A DNA stretch of 64,000 nucleotides. Origin: Mobula hypostoma. Lineage: Eukaryota. The first letter of the stretch is position 1. Each line of letters starts with the position of its first letter. The position numbers and the translations under genes were made by a program. The stretch lies in the NCBI RefSeq assembly GCF_963921235.1, contig NC_086097.1, forward strand, positions 33,668,001 to 33,732,000, in the 5' to 3' direction. The notes beneath the pieces were generated by a model that was given only the letters and a program-made list of their open reading frames with translations, searched no databases and was not told where the DNA came from. Below, piece after piece: positions 60,688-64,000 of this stretch.

Positions 60688-61759
60688 GTTGCCTGGTAGT
60701 TCCGCTCCCTTGTATTGCGGTTTCAATATAATATACTTCTACTTATGAAAGTGCATTTCTTTTCATCTTGGCAAACACTGATAGTGAGTTGTGATATGCA
60801 GGGGGAAGCTGCTGTTGAAGTGGTTGAGGAAGTTATGACTGAGTTACAATCAGTGGCTGTCAACCACATTATATAAACTCTGCGAAATGTGAGTTTTCGT
60901 TGAGAAAGGCTGTGTGATTCTGTTTCTCGGCTTTATGGTGATCACCTTGATGGGAATTGACCTGCATTCGTACTTGAGCTTTCTTTTTCAAACAGTCGGT
61001 CTGAGAGGTTCACATTTACGGACCTTTCAAGAGTGAAAGCTGAGCAATGTATGTGGCTGGAAGTACGCCGAAATAGATCAGATCAACAAAAAAGAGCACG
61101 ACTGGTATTCGTCACAAGTTATTGATGCACTTCTGTCTTTTACTTTTGGGACTCAGTATTACAGTTATGATCCCTTGTATCAGATTCCATCCTCTTCAGT
61201 CCCCTTTCCATTCCACCTATCAGCTTGCGCAGGGTGAGTGAGTGTGTGCTGAATCAGGGAGCCTTGACCTAGGTCCATATTCCCTAATATTTCAGATAAG
61301 GATCGGAAATAGAACAAAATGTGATATCATGTTCAGGAGCATCACTGGAGAGGTTCCATTTTGTGTGTATAGTATTTATTCTGTTTTGGGACTGTGAGAA
61401 GGACAAGAATGCACTGCAAGGTATATCATACCTTCTAACTTCTGACGAAAATGAAACATCTGGTTCATTGCTGTGCAAAAGAAACAATTTACAGCTTTTA
61501 CAGCACCTGCACCTGCTTGAGAGCTGGCAGTGGCCAAGGCTGAACAATTCATTCTGGAGAAAGAATAATGTTCCAAGCACACCATGCAATTGAAAGTCCA
61601 GTATTCCATCATTTGTTCTTCTGCAATCCAGAAGGTTATGAAATAGCTGAAGGATGAAATCACCCATATCCTTTCCCTCCACAGTTTCCTGCTTGTTTTT
61701 CAAGATCTTGATACTGTTCTGATTAAGTTGGTGAAACTAACTATGCAAAAGCCCAACAC

Positions 61760-64000
61760 AGAGCATAGAATAGTACAGCACATTACAGCCCACAATGTTG
61801 TGCTGACCCTCAAACCCTACCTCCCATATAACCCCCCCACCTTAAATTCCTCCATATACCTGTCTAGTAGTCTCTTAAACTTCACTAGTGTATCTGCCTC
61901 TACCACTGACTCAGGCAGTGCATTCCACGCACCAACCACTCTCTGAGTAAAAAACCTTCCTCTAATATTCCCCTTGAATATTCCCCTTACCTTAAAGCCA
62001 TGTCCTCTTGTATTGACCAGTGGTGCCCTGGGGAAGAGGCGCTGGCTATCCACTCTATCTATTCCTCTTAATATCTTGTACACCTCTATCATGTCTCCCC
62101 TCATCCTCCTCCTCTCCAAAGAGTAAAGCCCTAGCTCCCTTAATCTCTAATCATAATGCATACTTTCTAAACCAGGCAGCATCGTGGTAAATCTCCTCTG
62201 TACCCTTTCCAATGCTTCCACATCCATCCTATAGTGAGGTGACCAGAACTGGACACAGTACTCCAAGTGTGGCCTAACCAGAGTTTTATAGAGCTGCATC
62301 ATTACATCACGACTCTTAAACTCTATCCCTCGACTTATGAAAGCTAACACCCCATAAGCTTTCTTAACTACCCTATCCACCTGTGAGGCAACTTTCAGTG
62401 ATCTGTGGACATGTACCCCCAGATCCCTCTGCTCCTCCACACTACCAAGTATCCTGCCATTTACTTTGTACTCTGCCGTGGAGTTTGTCCTTTCAAAGTG
62501 TACCACCTCACACTTCTCCAGGTTGAACTCCATCTGCCACTTCTCAGCCCACTTCTGCATCCTATCAATGTCTCTCTACAATATTCAACAATCCTCTACA
62601 TTATCTACAACACCACCAACCTTTGTGTCATCTGAAAACTTACCAACCCACCCTTCCACCCCACCATCCAGGTAGTTAATAAAAATCACGAAGAGTAGAG
62701 GTCCCAGAACAGATCCTTGTGGGACACCACTAGTCACAACCCTCCAATCTGAATATACTCCCTCCACCACGACCCTCTGCCTTCTGCAAGCAAGCCAATT
62801 CTGAATCCACCTGGCCAAACATGCCTTCTGACTTTCTGAATAAGCCTACTGTGTGGAACCTTGTCAAATGCTTTGCTAAAATCCATGTAGATCACATCCA
62901 CAGCACTACCGTCATCTATATGCCTGGTCACCTCCTCAAAGAACTCTATCAGGCTTGTTAGACACGTTCTGCCCTTCACAAAGCCATGCTAACTGTTCCT
63001 GATCAGACCATGATTCTCTAAATGCCCATAGATCCTATCTCTAAGAATCTTTTCCAACAGTTTTCCCACCATAGACGTAAGGCTCACTGGTCTATAATTA
63101 CCTGGACTATCCCTACTATCTTTTTTGAACAAGGGGTCAACATTCGCCTCCCTCCAATCCTCCGGTACCATTCCCGTAGACAACGAGGACATAAAGATCC
63201 TAGCCAGAGGCTCAGCAATCTCTTCTCTCGCCTCGTGGAGCAGCCTGGGGAATATTCCATTCGGCCCCGGGGACTTAGCCGTCCTAATGTATTTTAACAA
63301 CTCCAACACCACCTCTCCTTTCATATCTACATGCTCCAGAACATCAACCTCACTCATATTGTCCTCACCGTCATCAAGTTCCCTCTCATTGGTGAATACC
63401 GAAGAAAAGTATTCATTGAGGACCTCGCTCACTTCCATAGCCTCCAGGCATATCTTCCCACCTTTATCTCTAATCGTTCCTACATTCACTCCTGTCATCC
63501 TTTTCTTCTTCACATAATTGAAGAATGCCTTGGGGTTTTCCTTTACCCTACTTGCCAAGGCCTTCTCATGCCCCCTTCTTGCTCTTCTCAGCCCCTTCTT
63601 AAGCTCCTTTCTTGCTTCCCTATATTCCTCAATAGACCCATCTGATCCTTGCTGCCTAAACTTCATGTATGCTGCCTTCTTCCACCTGACTAGATTTTCC
63701 ACCTCACTTTTCACCCATGGTTCCTTCACCCTACCATTGTTTATCTTCCTTACTGGGACAAATTTATCCCTAACATCCCGCAAGAGATCTCTAAACATCG
63801 ACCACATGTCCATAGTACATTTCCCTGCAAAAACATCATCCCAATTCACACCCGCAAGTTCTAGCCTTATAACCTCATAATTTTCCCTTCCCCAATTAAA
63901 AATTTTCCTGCCCTCTCTGATTCTATCCTTTTCCATGATCATGCTAAAGGCCAGGGAGCGGTGGTCACTGTCCCCCAGATGCTCACCCACCGAGAGATCT
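61760..64000 (-). mobile_element. CR1 LINE (ORF2), running off window end
   Basis: ORFs 62989-63990, 62734-62979, 62585-62818, 62147-62560, 61817-62119 with CR1 endonuclease and RT motifs. Confidence 0.93.

Noticed and set aside
60663..60699. Alternative LGMN last exon (ctaacag|G IIKCNLNKVAW*)
   Set aside because: 60176-60218 matches the conserved MDxVC terminus and expected length; this candidate overlaps the likely poly(A) signal.
61284..61703. 139-aa ORF, possible last exon of a neighbouring gene
   Set aside because: No recognisable domain or convincing splice sites in the frames I read.

Overview
Eukaryotic vertebrate genomic DNA. The repeat mix (CR1, Rex1/Babar-like LINEs, Penelope-like elements, tRNA/V-SINEs, hAT, Tigger, Gypsy) suggests a cartilaginous fish; that is an inference. 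The one host gene is a complete legumain (LGMN, asparaginyl endopeptidase, family C13) on the + strand. I assembled 13 coding exons by hand (18497-60218), all with GT-AG introns and consistent phases, giving 1305 nt / 434 aa with the His-Cys dyad intact; no 5' non-coding exon could be located. Most of the rest is transposon-derived and often nested. Best second-look items: (1) a young antisense Gmr1-type Gypsy element (858-bp LTRs ~99% identical, ATTC TSD) that keeps Gag and protease in one long frame but has lost the IN/RT/RNase H cores; (2) minimal hammerhead ribozyme motifs in Penelope ends, intact copies antisense to LGMN; (3) a clean 24-bp micro-inversion in a young CR1; (4) reiterated target sequence at a Penelope 5' junction; (5) a ~335-bp foldback inside a deleted Tigger; (6) substitutions at functionally characterised legumain positions. 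I found no convincing wholly new biological system.
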